DNA from: Lama guanicoe
Taxonomy: Eukaryota
Direction of reading: 5' to 3'
Assembly (NCBI GenBank): GCA_013239625.1
Contig: MU053881.1
Location: 2,666,001-2,730,000 of the forward strand
Length of the DNA stretch: 64,000 nucleotides
Every line of letters begins with the position of its first letter. Positions within the stretch are counted from its first letter, which is position 1. Positions 38,389 through 52,117 of the stretch are shown here, piece by piece. A program made the position numbers and the translations under genes. The notes beneath the pieces are model-generated. The model made no database searches and had not been told where the DNA came from. It saw only the letters and a program-made list of their open reading frames with translations.

Positions 38389-38759
38389 ACCTGTGACTGT
38401 GCTTCCCTCTACATCCCGAAAGCCACGAACTGATTCCCCTCTCCTCGTGTACACCCTCCTCACCCAGTTCTGGCTTTAGCAACCCCCCCTCCCCGGGCCA
38501 CTTGGGCTCTGGCTTCTCTGCACTGGGCTGCCCCTACATGTGGACACCCTCCACGTGGACCTCTGCTCTGTGAGAACGCCCCCTTCAGCTTGGTCTGGCT
38601 CTGACAACATATGGGTAAATTCCTAACGTGAAGCAAGGCGACAGCAGGAAAGCTCACACTGCTAAGACGTGGCATGTGCGATGCCCGTGTAACAGGCCAC
38701 GAGTGAACAGGCACCCTGCATGTGCTCTATGGTCCTCGTCATCTCAGATTCTACTTCTT

Positions 38760-39122
38760 TTGTTTGTATTTTACGTTTTTGTTTTTCATTTTTAAAACTG
38801 AAGTTTAGTCGACTTACAATGCTGCGTTAGTTTCCGGTGTACAGCAGTGACTCAGTTATACAGATGTGTATTTTCACTGTGGGCTATTACAAGGTATCGA
38901 ATATGGTTCCCTGTGCTCTACAGTAGGGCCTTCTTATCTGTTTTATACACAATAGTCAGTATCTGCCAATTCTGAACTCCCACTTTATCCCTCCTGCCTA
39001 CTCCATAACCATAAATTTATTTCCTACATCTGTGAGTCTGTTTCTGTTTTGTAAAGAAGTTCATTTGTGTTATTTTTTTAGATTCCACATATAGGTGATA
39101 TCACATGGTATTTTTCTTTCTT
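38760..39122 (-). mobile_element. L1 3'-end insertion (cetartiodactyl type)
   Basis: GACTTACAATGCTGCGTTAGTTTCCGGTGTACAGC...TTAGATTCCACATATAGGTGATATC; flanks TCAGATTCTACTTCTT / TCAAATTCTATTCTT. Confidence 0.75.
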
Positions 39123-39239
39123 TCAAATTCTATTCTTAACAGAGACTCTAACAGATGTGCTATGGAGGGTGTTGCTAACCTCTTTCAGGTCCGTTCCAAA
39201 GATCAGAAACACATCTTCAAGTTGCCCTTACTTTTTTGA

Positions 39240-39900
39240 GGCAATTTATTTATATGTTCTTCTTGTTCCACCTCTCATAAGTTTATTCCCCTCTGCATGA
39301 AGCAGTTTTTCCTGCCTTGGTCTTAAATTTACCTTTTTAGAACTTTTAAGGGGCTATAAAAGCCACAAATCCATTTGAGTAAATTCTTCTTCCTCTTACC
39401 TAATCCATTCATGATTTTATAAACTTATACTTTGATCCGTCAATCTCATTTTCAGTTCCTTACTCTGTCTCATTGCTTGACAACACTCAACACTGGCACA
39501 ACACTGGAATTTTATTGTTTCTCACTGGCGATGTGCTAATACCACCAGGGAACAGGTGAAATCACCTTTAGGGGTCCCTTTTGGTTCACAATGGATAGAA
39601 AAATGATCTCTGGGCTGAGTGTAATTTGGATTCTCTCTTATAAGCATTCATTTAAGAGAAAGTCAGCTGCCACTTTTCTGCCCACTTATGGGAGCTGTAA
39701 GTTTTTCTGTAGTTGGTCCTTTTTATCCTAGCATTTAACCACTCCCAGGAGCTAAGCACCAGGTACAAGCTGAGCTCTTCACTGAACACTCACTCATTCA
39801 GAGTATTTATGAAAGGCAGAGCTCACAGGAAGATCACACAAGGTCAGAAAGAGCACTACGTCTACAACTCTTCGTTCAGTTACATGTTATTCACTCTACG
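39240..39900 (-). mobile_element. ancient CR1/L3-like LINE remnant
   Basis: CCATTCATGATTTTATAAACTTATA and CACTCATTCAGAGTATTTATGAA resemble antisense CR1 RT/3' region; highly diverged. Confidence 0.4.
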
Positions 39901-41598
39901 AGCATTAAGTGGAAGGCAGCGCCGCCCCTGCACTCCTCACGCACACCCTCCCATCTCTGAGCCCTGTCCCCATTTACCAGGTATTCCTCTCCGCCTGAAG
40001 CTGTTGTTGATTTTAAAATAACTTTTGAGTGTGAACCTGTTTAAAAGCCTACAAGGATTAAATAGTTAACAAAACAAATGGGTTGGTTCCCCTTTGGCGC
40101 CACAAGTCTATTCTGTTCCACAATTCTAATAGATTTTCCTCCAAAACTCTCAAGAGAGTAAATTCTGGTTAGGGTTTTCAGATACCTAGTAAGAGTTTGG
40201 AGAGTAAACGCATCATAAAAGCTCAGGTGCACTTATAAAGAAACTGCTAGTGAACACAGCTGCAAACTAAAATCCGTACAACCAGTAGTCAGGAAACACA
40301 CTGAGGAAGGAAACGAACACTTAGGGGCCATCTACCACCTACGACGTGGAAGGTCCCGTGTGAGGCTCACTTATGTTACTCCAACTGAAAGTTCCAGAGT
40401 TAGAGACGTGGGCACCCTCCCCCGTATAAATCAGTGTATAAACGAGGGACATGCAAAATGAGGACACTACCGCTTCCCTCTCACCAGGACGCCTCACAAC
40501 TTTTTGCTGAGTTAGCTCTCTGAACCGCCCTGCATTCCTTACTGGCCAGCAAGCTCTAGGAATCCCAGCTGCCTGCAGACCCCCAGCGCGCCCAGCACAC
40601 TGCCCGACGTACCTTCAGTTTGACATTACCAGATGGCAGATTACGTTTCCATTGTACACACGGGAACCCGAGGCCCTACAGAAGGTCACGTAGCTCGCCC
40701 AGTCCTCTCCAGTTACACAGGGAGAAGTAATGAATGTGCCTCCCCTGACTGCAGTACACCCACACTCCTATTAAGCAGTTTATTCTGGATTACGTCAAAT
40801 GATCAGGGAAATGCCAGAATCTATTATAGCTGTAAATTTGGAAAGGTGACATACCGACTCTCAATATAAATAGAAACTTCCTTTTGATAATAAACACCAA
40901 AAACATTTGAGTGCTAGTTACTAAGTGCCAGGTACAATGTTGAGCACTTTACGTACGAACTTAATCCTAACCATCCTATTAGACTGCCGATTATACCCAT
41001 GTTACAGACTGAATTTAGAGGTTAAAGCGACCAAGGAAACATATCTATTCACACCAGAACAATGAGAATGTGATCCTCATTCTGTAAGACTCCGAGAGCC
41101 TCTGCTTCTAACTACATCCCTAAGGAATGGCAAACACTATTTACCTACGGAACTGGGTGGGGCTGCTCACGGGCTAAATGAGCCGAGTGACAACTGCACG
41201 CAGCCTGCCCGAGCCCTCACATCCAGCTGCGTAACGTATAATGCCAGAGCCTCCAGGGCAGTGCAGACAGAGCTCTCGCTACACAGTGAGGGATTTGAAG
41301 ACAATGCAGGCCGAGCAGCATGGAAGAGCCTCCCACCTCAAACATACAAGCAAGTACCGTTTCCTCCTAGCAGAGCTCGGACATGATGAAATAAAACCTT
41401 AGTACCTGCTCTGAGTTGGCAGCTAGGTCTGAAGGAGACTGCAACGATTCAGTGCGCTCTTCTCTCTCTCTGCCCCACCCCCTTCGCCCTCGTTCATCAG
41501 AGCAGCAGATACACCAACAAGACTCTTACAAGTCCTTAAAAGCTTCCAAATCTACAGTCCAGACTGTATATATGTCACACAACTCAAGTAGTCCTTAC

Positions 41599-41742
41599 TG
41601 TTAGAGACTGTGAAAAATGGAATCGTCTTTCTACTCGAGAATCATTGGGTAATTTGAAAATGATTTTGACACTTTCAGGGTCATCAGGGGAAGGCTCCGG
41701 GGGCAGGCATTCCAACTTCCTTTCCTTCTCCTCTTGTAGGTT
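41599..41742 (-). CDS. FAF2: FAF2 exon 10
   Basis: tgcag| NLQEEKERKLECLPPEPSPDDPESVKIIFKLPNDSRVERRFHFSQSLT |gtaagg; 144 nt. Confidence 0.97.
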
Positions 41743-42310
41743 CTGCAGAGACACAAAGCAGAGTGAGGCTACAGCTCCTATTAGGGAGCAAGGAAACCAG
41801 AAATTCAACAATATGCAGGTTTACTGGGCAGTCAGATGAAAAATTAATGACCAGCATCAGAAGAAAAACTTCTTGGCGAGAATCAGAAACACCCTAATTC
41901 AAACTCTATGTATTTGATCACATGCTATTGCATCACATGTATTATTTACTGACTATGTTAAGATACTTAACTGTTTGACAAAAGGGAACGACCAAAAGAC
42001 ACAAGCTTTAATCAAGCGGCAACACACAATGAAACAAGATAATGAATCAAGTGTCAGATGAGCTAACGCTGTACTAAGAATGAACGCTGAACACTACTGC
42101 TGTGAATCAGCATTCTCGACCGCTTTACTTTTCATGGGACAGAGCGGTTTTGCCTGACTTTCACTCACTCTTGTATTTGGTTTAAAAAAAAAAAACTTAA
42201 AAAAAAATTTTTAAAAGACTTCGGCATTGGAGACTGTAAGTCACTCACTACCCCATCATCTAGCTTCCCCTTTCCCACGCCAGAAGAGACCACTTCGGGC
42301 GGCTCCCTAC

Positions 42311-42482
42311 CCGCCGCCGCCTCTCCTCTGCCAGCTTCTGCTGCTGCACCTCCTCCTCCTTCCGCCGCTTGCGCTCGCGCTCCTCCCGCCGCTTGCGCTC
42401 CTTCTCCTGGTCAGCCCTGAGAGAGGCCAGGTAGGCCTCGTCCTGCTGCTGTCTCAGCACCTGGGTCTGGTTTCGTTCTTCC
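42311..42482 (-). CDS. FAF2: FAF2 exon 9 (coiled coil)
   Basis: cgcag| (R)EERNQTQVLRQQQDEAYLASLRADQEKERKRREE...AEERRR |gtaggg; 172 nt. Confidence 0.97.
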
Positions 42483-43407
42483 CTGCGGACAGAGCAACAG
42501 CGCAGAGGGAAAAGATATATCTCGCAGAGCTCTGTGTTTTCTTAGATCGAAACCTTTTTTTGGGGGGAGGGCGGGGGCGGTGTCAAAAGGTTGACAGTCC
42601 TGGCAGATGACTATTTCACATTCCCATAAAGGGTTCCAAAGCAGAGCGCTGAATATCTGAATGAGCCATCTCTTCTCTGAGTTTAATTTGGCAGAAAAAG
42701 AAAAGGCCAAGTTTTCTCCACACAGTATTATTCCTATAAAATGATCAATGACCAAGATTTCACAGGCAAATGTCTTTTTGGGTTACCGCATTTTTATGTA
42801 TGCTTTCGTAAAACCAAAAAACCACATACACACATTTTAGAAGATTTAAAAAATACAGAAATATTCAGAGTTCTACTAACCAAAGAGAAAAAACACTGTA
42901 ATGTTTTGGAGTATTTCCTCCTTCCGCTCCAAAAAATTGTGTACATACATAGGAATGTGTGTCTGTGCTTATAAAATTAAAGGAAAATATCCCAGAATGT
43001 TAAAAGTGGTGGTAGGATTATGAGTGTTTTAAAATTTCTTTGTGCTTTTCTGTTTCCTGAGTTTTCTACATTAATGAATGTACAATACTTATGCAATGAG
43101 GGGAGAATTATAACCACTCCTCAGTTTTTACATTTAAGTTCTTTATATCATGTTGAGCTACTTTAAATGACATATCTATTTCTGAGCATAGAGTCTTGGC
43201 TTTATTTTGAATAGGACTCTATGTTTTAAGAACAGATGATCTGATGGACAGTTATTTAGGTAAAAGTATGTAAAAAATCTTAACACAAAATGAACAAGGC
43301 TTTTAAAGTTGCCTAACACAGAGAAGAAATCAGGATTTGTGAAACTCTAAGTAAGGCACCCAAGTCTGCAGCTGGCCTCTCAGTTCCAGAGAGGAACTCC
43401 CCTGTAC

Positions 43408-43585
43408 CTTTCCAGGCGTTCTGACACCAGGTAAGTCTGGTTTGCATCCATGATAAATGTCAGCTGGTTAATGAGGTCATCAGGCTGAATAAGGCCTTCC
43501 AGCCGTCCCACCACAGTCATCCTCCGATCCTTCAGCATAATCATGGCCAGGAATGGATAGGTGTTCTCTCGTAAAGCCTGGGAGA
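43408..43585 (-). CDS. FAF2: FAF2 exon 8
   Basis: gttag| (V)SQALRENTYPFLAMIMLKDRRMTVVGRLEGLIQPDDLINQLTFIMDANQTYLVSERLE(R) |gtacag; 178 nt. Confidence 0.97.
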
Positions 43586-44189
43586 CTAACAGAAGACCCA
43601 ACAGATCGAGGGCAGGACTTAGGGATGAAACAGATCAACTCTCAGACTTTCACAACAAGCTAGAACTGCTTTAGTCTCGGCTGGGAAAGAAGGGCGGTGT
43701 CATTTATTCCCTGCCTTTTTTCCTCCTAGTTTCTTAAATCTTTTTGTTGTTGCTATTTATTTGTGTGCCTATTCCTAGGTAATCTGATTAGAACAGGATA
43801 GGCTTTTCTGGTGGGGCGCGGCTATCATGCTGTTGCTGCAGAGTTCAAGGACAGTGCCGGTAGGAAAAGGATCTCTAAAGGGTCTGGCTGCTGCTCGGCG
43901 CCACTTCCCCATGTCAGGGTCAAGCGTACGGTCTCAGCCCTGTGCTGCTGGAGGTAATCTCCACCACTGTTCTCCTCTGGTTTTTTCCTTCTCTTACCTA
44001 ATTCTTACCCTCTCTCCTATGTCCCACCAGCCCCACCCTGCCAAAAAGGGCTAGTTTTTCTGTTCCAAAAGAATTTAGAAAGTTGGTCTCCCAAATAACC
44101 AAGATTTTACCATAAAGAGTTTTGCCTATGTTTTTTCTTATGGCTTGAAAGGAGAGATTTTAAGCTTCTATTAAAAACACCCTTGAGGG

Positions 44190-44340
44190 TGGGGAGGTAC
44201 ATCTCAGTGGTAAAGTATGTGCTTGGCGTGCACAAGGTCCTGGGTTCAATCCCCAGTGCCTCCATTAGGGGGAAAATAAAAAAATAAAAAAAAATAATAA
44301 ATTTAATTAAAACAAATATATGTTAAAAAAAGGAAAAAAA
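44190..44340 (+). mobile_element. tRNA-derived SINE (Vic-1-like)
   Basis: GGGGAGGTACATCTCAGTGGTAAAGTATGTGCTTGGCGTGCACAAGGTCCTGGGTTCAATCCCCAGTGCCTCCATT plus an A-rich tail. Confidence 0.82.
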
Positions 44341-45094
44341 TCCTTAGTCTCCTTCTATCCATCACCCCTTACCACCAAAAGCCACATCAGAATAGCAAAA
44401 CATACACCACAGGAACTTAGGAGGTATTTTAAAACCAACTAGGAGGAAAGACTCAGAGGCCAGGCTGCAGGGAAGACACCTGCTCACCTGCTGCATCTCT
44501 GGTTCTCAGGATCCATCCAGCACAGGGCCTGCTGTGCTAGCAGATCCTCAAAAGCTGCTGAATAGAAGTAGCAGCAGAGTAGCTACATGTTCCTTCACTG
44601 GATGCCTTTATATCTTAGATACTGACTTCTAAAAATACTGGCCTCCAGCTAAGAGTTACAGTCCACACAGATCTGAGCTTTCTGAATCCCTATCAGTACT
44701 CAAGGTACTCAAACAACTAACTCATTGTGCAAGAAGCTCTGTTAAAACTGCTGGTGACAAGAATGGAGTCTTCAGTAGGAAGCCCATTAAGATCAAAGGT
44801 AAGCTGCTGGCCAGGACTGGGTGTTTTAAAATAAGACAGGCTCTGGCAAAGGTTAACTGCAATGAATGGGCCAGTCTGACAGACCTGAGCTTGCTCCAGA
44901 CTTGCCGACTGCGTGACCCTGAGCCATTGGCCTGAATGCCCTGAGCCCACTCCCTAAACCATGAAGTGGAGGGAACACACGCCCCACCCCTCAGGACTGC
45001 AGAACAGTCAGCCATGAACACAAGGAGCACGTCTTTCCAGATTATTCCAAAGATACCCCAACCATCTCAGTGAGACAAAAGCAGCACAACTTAC

Positions 45095-45186
45095 CCCTGT
45101 ATCCCTCAGGTTTGTTTGTGGAGCACGCCCAGAAGAGCATCCTAGTGTTTATTAGTGAAACAACTTCAGGTGCACAGAGTGTGTTG
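45095..45186 (-). CDS. FAF2: FAF2 exon 7 (UAS domain)
   Basis: cacag| NTLCAPEVVSLINTRMLFWACSTNKPEGYR |gtaagt; 92 nt. Confidence 0.96.
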
Positions 45187-45274
45187 CTGTGGAGAGGGGT
45201 GAGAAGAACTTGCTTACTGTAAACTGTCAGCAAGTAAGACCAGAAAAGAGAAGAGGAAAGGTCAGTCCACGCAC

Positions 45275-45360
45275 CGACAGAACTCGTCAGAGTCCTGGTG
45301 ATCGTCTCCGTGAAGGTAGACCAGAAGGAAGCGCAGCTCCCGTTTGGCATCGTTGAGTGC
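45275..45360 (-). CDS. FAF2: FAF2 exon 6 (UAS domain)
   Basis: cacag| ALNDAKRELRFLLVYLHGDDHQDSDEFC(R) |gtgcgt; 86 nt; 88-nt intron to exon 7. Confidence 0.96.
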
Positions 45361-46986
45361 CTGTGAGAAAAAAGACACCAATTATTATGATGACTGTGCT
45401 TTGAGCTTTTAATTAGGCTAAGTGTCCTAATGGATACACTATGTATTTAGGAACAAAAGAAGAAATGAGGAAAAAATGTGAGCAAGGAAGCCAGAAAATT
45501 CCTGGGCTTCTACCTTCACACCCCTGGCATTTCTCTCCCTACAGAAAGTCCATGCTAACAAGCTTCAATGAAAAGGTTTCAGTGTTGTTAGGATTTAAAT
45601 TGCATCAGGCACATGAGAGTAGACAGGCTGATGAAGAAAGTTCCCCCTCCCTCAAATCACAGAAAAGCCAGCTGTTCCCACAGTCTAAAGAAAGTTTTAA
45701 GAACAAGTGAACCTGACCTGAAAACGGAGACAAGAATTTTGCCTCTTTACAGCTACAACATCCTTGTAAATAACACACTGAGAAGATGAGCCTGATTGCA
45801 GGCCACGCACCAGGCGGAGCTGGAGGGACTAAGGGGCCCAGAGGCCTCCTAAAGAGCATGGGGTTTAAACAACCTTCAGAGACAAGGCTAGTGTCCAAGA
45901 TTCCTGCGTATGCATCTGCATTTGCAGAATATCAAGCACATAATTCAATTAAGATTTCCTGAATGACCAATGGGGGTCCACTCTCAGGATCACAGCAAAG
46001 AGGGTATATGAGAGGTGCCCATCTCTGTCCGTATCTCTAGCATTGAGCACGATGTGTGGCATACAGTAGGTGCTTAATGCTTGTTGAGTGGGGTGAGAGC
46101 AGCCAGTGAGAAAAAGCAGATGTGGGAGAATCACAGCAGGAAGCAAGAGTAGAGCACTCTTCTCTTTCCCCAGACAGATTCAGGAATCCTGGAGGCTGCA
46201 GAACGGAAGCCCCCTTAGGCCTCTGCCCACAGTGTTACTTCTGCATTTTTCTCCAGTAAACTAGAGATATGCCTAACACCCATAGAATTCTTAATTTTTA
46301 CCCCCTGAGAGTTAGTAACAGTCAAAGGTCTGTGTGGCTTGGGTTGAATGAGATGTGCTGTCTCAAGTCTATGGTCGATGCCCTTATTCAGTTCTGTGAG
46401 GGAGCCAGGAAGACTTACGGTTTGTCTATAAGGGGTTTTTAGTCTGGTATAGGAGATAAGACATGAACACAAACAACTATAAAATAAGGAAGAATGTGAA
46501 ACTGATACTAGTTAAAAAAAAAACACCACTGTGAGAGTACAAAAGGAAAGATGACTACTTCAGAGTGTAAGGCAGGCAGGGCAGGGGACAACAGTCAGGA
46601 AAGGGTGTAAGAGGGGAGTGGCACGAGCTGGTGAAGGATGGGCAAGATGCCAATTAGTGAAAGCGTGAGGACGGCACTCCAGAGAGAGGGACAGTAAAAA
46701 GCAAAAGCAAAGGCACAGAGGTGGCAAAGTACAGAGTATGTTAAGCAAATGGTTTGGCTGGAACCTGAGGTATGGGGAACAAGTTATGCAGGAAAGACCT
46801 CAAAAGGAGGCTGGGATCGGATCAAGGAGGGCCCAGTTAAAGGGCTTGGTATTTTTCTGTGTAAGCAGTGAAGAGCTATTTTAGATTTCTGAATAAAAGA
46901 GTGACATGATCAGTGCTGGGCTATGCTTTCCTTTGAGGATAGAATCATATCAATAAATTGGCATCTATATGGTTTGTGGCACTGAC

Positions 46987-47125
46987 CTGGCTGTACGTTC
47001 CCTGGTAGAAGACAGGGTGTGCCCTCCCATATTTCTCTTCAAAAGAGTGCATAAATGAAACAATGTCCCCAACGGGGTCAGTGACCCGGCTGCGAGGGTC
47101 AGGCCGTATAAAACGAAGAGCAAAC
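46987..47125 (-). CDS. FAF2: FAF2 exon 5
   Basis: cccag| FALRFIRPDPRSRVTDPVGDIVSFMHSFEEKYGRAHPVFYQGTYSQ |gtcagt; 139 nt. Confidence 0.96.
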
Positions 47126-47479
47126 CTGGGGAGGAAGGAATAAATATCACATGAATCGGCTTACTGTAGTGCACACGGAGTGGGCCAGTCTGTAAAGATT
47201 CCCACACAGAGCCACAGGCACGGGCGCAGAGGGAGTTCAGTGAACGGCCTGTGAGTGGGCCATCAACCCTGAGAGTACAATCTGGCTCAAAAGGTACAAA
47301 ACAGTAAGGGTTGTACCACTGCCTAAGAAGAATGCAAATGACTAGGATTATACATTCCAACACTGGCCTAAATAAATCCCGAGTGCTTTTTGCAGAAAAA
47401 TTTAGGGCTGTAAGAATTGGGAAAGGAAAAACACAGTATCCAAAAGAGACCACAGGTCAGGCTGTGCTCCCAGACTCTG

Positions 47480-47682
47480 TAATGGCGCTGCCTGATCGAG
47501 CAGCCACCAGCCACGTGCGGCTATCGAAACTGACATGGAAATTAAGTGCAAAATTCAGTTCTCAGCCATAGCAGCCACATTTCAAGCGCTCGACAGCCAC
47601 ACGTGGTTAGTGGCTTCCACCTTAGACGGTGCAAATACAGAGTATTTCCATCATCACAGAAAGCTCTGTTGGACAGCGCTGC
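47480..47682. mobile_element. MER3-like hAT-Charlie MITE
   Basis: GCAGCCACCAGCCACGTGCGGCTAT ... CATTTCAAGCGCTCGACAGCCACACGTGGTTAGTGGC ... TTTCCATCATCACAGAAAGCTCTGTTGGACAGCGCTG. Confidence 0.7.
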
Positions 47683-48583
47683 TCTGGGACAGAGCTCTGT
47701 CTCTTTCTTGGTGTTCTATTTGCATTTCCCTTTCCTTTTTGTTCTCCTGGAATTTTGATTTTTCTAAAACGCTGTTCAAATTATGGACAAGAACTTCAGT
47801 TCCAAACCTGCAGTCATGATTTACTTACTCTTCAACGGGGCAAGTAAATCTGCTCAGTGAATCAGTTAACAGCTTCCACGGAGGGAGTTATAAACCTGAG
47901 CCAGACAACACTGGCAGAGTTGGAGACCTGACAGCTCTTGGAAGGTTAAAGGTGGTACCACACACCTGTTTCTGAACAGCCCATCACTTTTGTATACCGC
48001 CATTTGTTTATCCTTTGGGTTTCCATAAAAGGCAATAAGCAGAGGCCTGATAAGTCAATGTGCTACATAACACTAAACAAGTTGCTTGGATGATACAGTT
48101 GCATTAAAATTAGTAACACATGCCATGCATATTTTTTCGAAGGAAAGCAAACAATATTTATATACTTCAGGAATTTTTCAGCAAAGAAAAGCTGACTACA
48201 CTATTATACCTCCCTTACCAAATCTTGAGCCAATTCCTTATTCTCTTAACAAATTCCCCATATGTACACAATTTCATTTGGAATCTGCCCTGAGCAATCA
48301 AATCAAATTCACTGACACAAACATTCCAGAGCAAACTAAAAACATAAGAAGCTGTGTGGGGGGGGAGTGGTTAAATCCTTCAGAAGACTGATGTTTTGAT
48401 AACTCCCTAAAATCAAGTATTTTAGGATTATCTTATTACTCTTTTAAGTTTTCAAATTTTGGTCCATTCAAGAACAGATAAAGGTTTTAACTTTTCCGTT
48501 TCTCATTACAATATATCCCCATGGCCAACACAATTTATGATAATCAGCTTAAAAAAAAATAGAGGTGTCAACTGACTCTTCAT

Positions 48584-48690
48584 GGGGTGGGTACAGCTCA
48601 GTGGTAGAGCATATGCTTAGCATGTACAAGGTCCCAGGTTCAATACACAGTACTTCCATTAAAAAACAAAAACAAAAATTAAAAAAAAAA
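48584..48690 (+). mobile_element. tRNA-derived SINE (Vic-1-like)
   Basis: GGGGTGGGTACAGCTCAGTGGTAGAGCATATGCTTAGCATGTACAAGGTCCCAGGTTCAAT; TSD CTGACTCTTCAT / CTGAGTCTTCAT. Confidence 0.85.
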
Positions 48691-49754
48691 CCCTGAGTCT
48701 TCATTATGATTTTAAAGGTTCTGATATGTCCATTCTTAAATAAAACAGGATGGGAAAAGTACTAATCGTTAATTGGTGAACAACAAGACCTTTGCTAAAG
48801 CAAGGAAGCTATTATGGCAGCAGCTCCATAAGACACCAAGCGGCCAAGGTGGAAGATACTGTCTGATCCTCACACTTCAGCAACTGCCGGGTCCTTACCT
48901 TCAGCCTCTGCTCCCGAGAGCAAGGCAAAGATCAGCCCATATTCAGAGGGAGGTACAGGCTGCCCTGTATGCAAGGCCCAGATGACATATTCTAGCTCCA
49001 TCTGTTGGCCTGGATGCTCATAAATATTTTAGTTCTCCACAAAGCCTTGGTGTAGGTTTATCTACTACTCAGCTCCAGGCCAGACACCCCAATCCTGATG
49101 TGCCAGCAACTTGGGCCCCGTGACAGTTTCTAGCCTTTCTGTAGCTTCCTGTACTAAGCTGAGTGGTACATGAAGGAAGTGAGAAGAAACTTGAAGGTGT
49201 GAAGCAAAGGGGTATGCATGTGGAAGGGGTCCAGTGCCAGCAACCCATGGGTTGCTAGGACAGCGGGAAATGTATTGAAGGTGTGTCTAGAACGGTGAAA
49301 CTTATAGGAGGAATCCAGAAAAAAGTAGGTGAACTCAGAGGAAGAGAACTTGCTGGGATTATGAACTACAGGACGGTTCAGGGTAAAGTTACAAGAGTGT
49401 GAAGCTAGTAGATAACAGTGGTTGGAAAGGAACGGGTGCGAAGATTAACTAGGAAATGTCAGGGAACAAACATGGTGGGATGGGGAGGATGTCACACATG
49501 TAGGTAGAGTCATTTGTGAAAATGACAGGCAAGACTAACTTTAAAACAATTCCATTTCACAACATCTGCTGTTACGCTTGAAAAACAAAGTATTTTCACA
49601 TTATATGAACACTTCAGAAAAAGTACTCAATCTGATGACAAACTGGCAAGTCAAAACTGAGAGAAATTAAATCTCATTCCAGTCTATGTTTTAGCTCCGA
49701 AGTTTACCCTCTTGCTAGTAACAACTACTAACACACAAATACAAAGGTACGTAC

Positions 49755-49831
49755 CTAAATATATCAAGTATTGTGTAATAGGTAAACCGGAATGGAAGCA
49801 TTATCAAGTAATAACCCCATCCAAGCAGCCC
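49755..49831 (-). CDS. FAF2: FAF2 exon 4 (hydrophobic membrane hairpin)
   Basis: ttcag| GLLGWGYYLIMLPFRFTYYTILDIF(R) |gtacgt; 77 nt; not in the ORF track, found by reading. Confidence 0.95.
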
Positions 49832-51350
49832 CTGAAATTCCAAAAACAAAGTTAGAGCTCATTCTCTCAATCCTTAATACCTTGTAAAACTGCTAGTTAA
49901 GATTTTCACTCTTTTCCGTCCTTTCACAAGAGTCTCCCTCTGCAATATGTGATTCTCTCTTTCTGGGCACCCTACCCTTCTTAAAAACCAACTACCTTTG
50001 ACCTCATTTCATCTAACACTATTATATTTTCCTTTTATCACATAATTTTTGTATTAAATTTGCTTCAACACTTTTTTTCTGCTACTTATATTGTCAAATT
50101 CAACTGCAAGTTTTCCTCCCCAAATCATAAATTTTCATTCTTTCCCTTTTAGAGTTAACAGACTAAAATACAGTATTTAAAAATAACAAGAAAGATAACC
50201 ACTATTACTACCCTGGGCATTTGTATATAAACGACATAATTATATTAACCATAACTATAAACCTCCATACAGCTGCTAATCTTAGTGATGATGTTAATTA
50301 TTATTTTAACAACACTGATTTTTGCTGCTCTTATTTTTAAGTAGCATAGATAAACGGCTCTAAAGTTTACAAAGCATTTCTTATACGTCATATTGTGTTA
50401 ACCTGAGACCCTCTCTGTGCCCATGGCCCGAGAGCTTGGAGGCTCCACAGTGGACATCAGGGTCCCAAACACTGAAGCCCAAAACAAAGTGAGGAAACAC
50501 TGGGCACACAAAGGAGGACCCCTTGGGTCATGTGATTGTTTAAGGAATCTCTGCTCTTCTGCTTCAGAATACCCCAAAGCAACCACTTAGAAACTCCATT
50601 TTTAAAACACTGCCAAATATTCCACAAAGAGGTATGATGATGGATGATGGAGTAAATTCCAGCTGCTGCAAGGGTAAAGGAAGCGCTTTCTTGGAATTCT
50701 AAATCCAAGTGTAAGAGGTGCATGTAACCCCAAGAATAAGAAAAAGAAACTCCAAAAAGCTCTTTGGAGCTCATTATCAGTACACACACCTGGCTGACCT
50801 AATTTCACTGCAAATAATCTGAAGGGGAAAGAATGCCTCTGTTCATCTCTAGCTCTCCAACAGCAAAATACCAAGTGCACTGGGGCACTCTTAAATGCCT
50901 GCGAATTTAACTGAACCACCTCCTTGCTACTGGCCCTTCAAGACTAATTTCAAAGATATGGCCAAGGCCCCCACAGTCCTTCCCTAGACGTAGCATAAAC
51001 TTAAGCAAAAGGAAGCAACAAAGAATTCAGTAACATTCTAGAAGCTGAAGCTCTATTAAACATGTAGCAAACATTTTTAGACATGTAAATAAAGCACTAT
51101 TACTCAAAACCAGGCAAATGAAACTCTTCAAATAACTGGCATAGAAATGGGAAAAAAAGGACAGTTACTCTATCGTTCATTAAGGAATCAAGGAAAAATG
51201 ATAAATCCAATAAATCTGCCAAGGAGCTAGTCTAGCTAACAGGTTTACATTCTGAGTATTTCCTTCGGTCCAATCATACAGAGAACACCATAACCAGGTA
51301 AATGAACTTATAAAATAAAAATGGGAGGTTCCAGTGATGAAACAACTTGC

Positions 51351-51485
51351 CCTTGGTTGTGGTCTGGAGACAACGTAGCTGTAGATCCTGTGGTCAGCTG
51401 TATTAACCTGCAGGGGTCGGGATGGCGGTGGGTTGAAAACACTTGGTACACCCTCTTGCTCATTCAATCTGTCCTGTACAGCAGC
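51351..51485 (-). CDS. FAF2: FAF2 exon 3 (GC donor)
   Basis: cccag| AAVQDRLNEQEGVPSVFNPPPSRPLQVNTADHRIYSYVVSRPQPR |gcaagt; 135 nt. Confidence 0.95.
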
Positions 51486-52117
51486 CTGGGAAGAAAAAAA
51501 AAAAGTAGCAAGAGCTTCAGTGATGCTCTCATCAGACTAGAAGAGACGAGGCAACCATTGCTCAGTGTTTCAAAACAGGCCACCAGGAAGTATATGCTCA
51601 TGGACCTTTAACTTATGGTGGGAGGCGGGCAAGCTGTGGTGATGGCTTCAGAATTCACCCACAGTAGAGTAGTCCAAGCAACTTGCCTGGACACTCCATT
51701 TATAAGCAAGCACACTGCTTTTATTCAAGTGGTATGTGTTACTTAGAGTGGATGGGATACAAGGTGCTTCACTGTAACAGCCTACGGAAAAATGTCCGCA
51801 GAGAATACGACGCAGGCAGTGCCCCCAGAGCTGTGCGACGGAGCAGTTCTGATGGGTGTTTTTGATGGAGGGCTTGGCTTTGCAGTAGAGGAACCTGGGT
51901 CTGAATCTAACTCTACCACTTGGAAAAGCTGTGTGGCTTATGAGCCTCAGTTTTCTCATGAGCAAAATGAAGAAACAGTATTTCTCGGGGTTTGACAATT
52001 TGATGAGGTGACCATACATAAAGTTTTTAATACAATTCTTGGCAACAGATGATGTTTAGTGAAAAAAAATCTTAGTCTCTTCCTAACTCAGCTCCTGAAA
52101 ATGGGTATTTGTCCCAG

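Noticed and set aside
42227..42610. Leu/Pro-rich + strand ORF
   Set aside because: Antisense mirror of the Glu/Arg/Gln-rich FAF2 exon 9.
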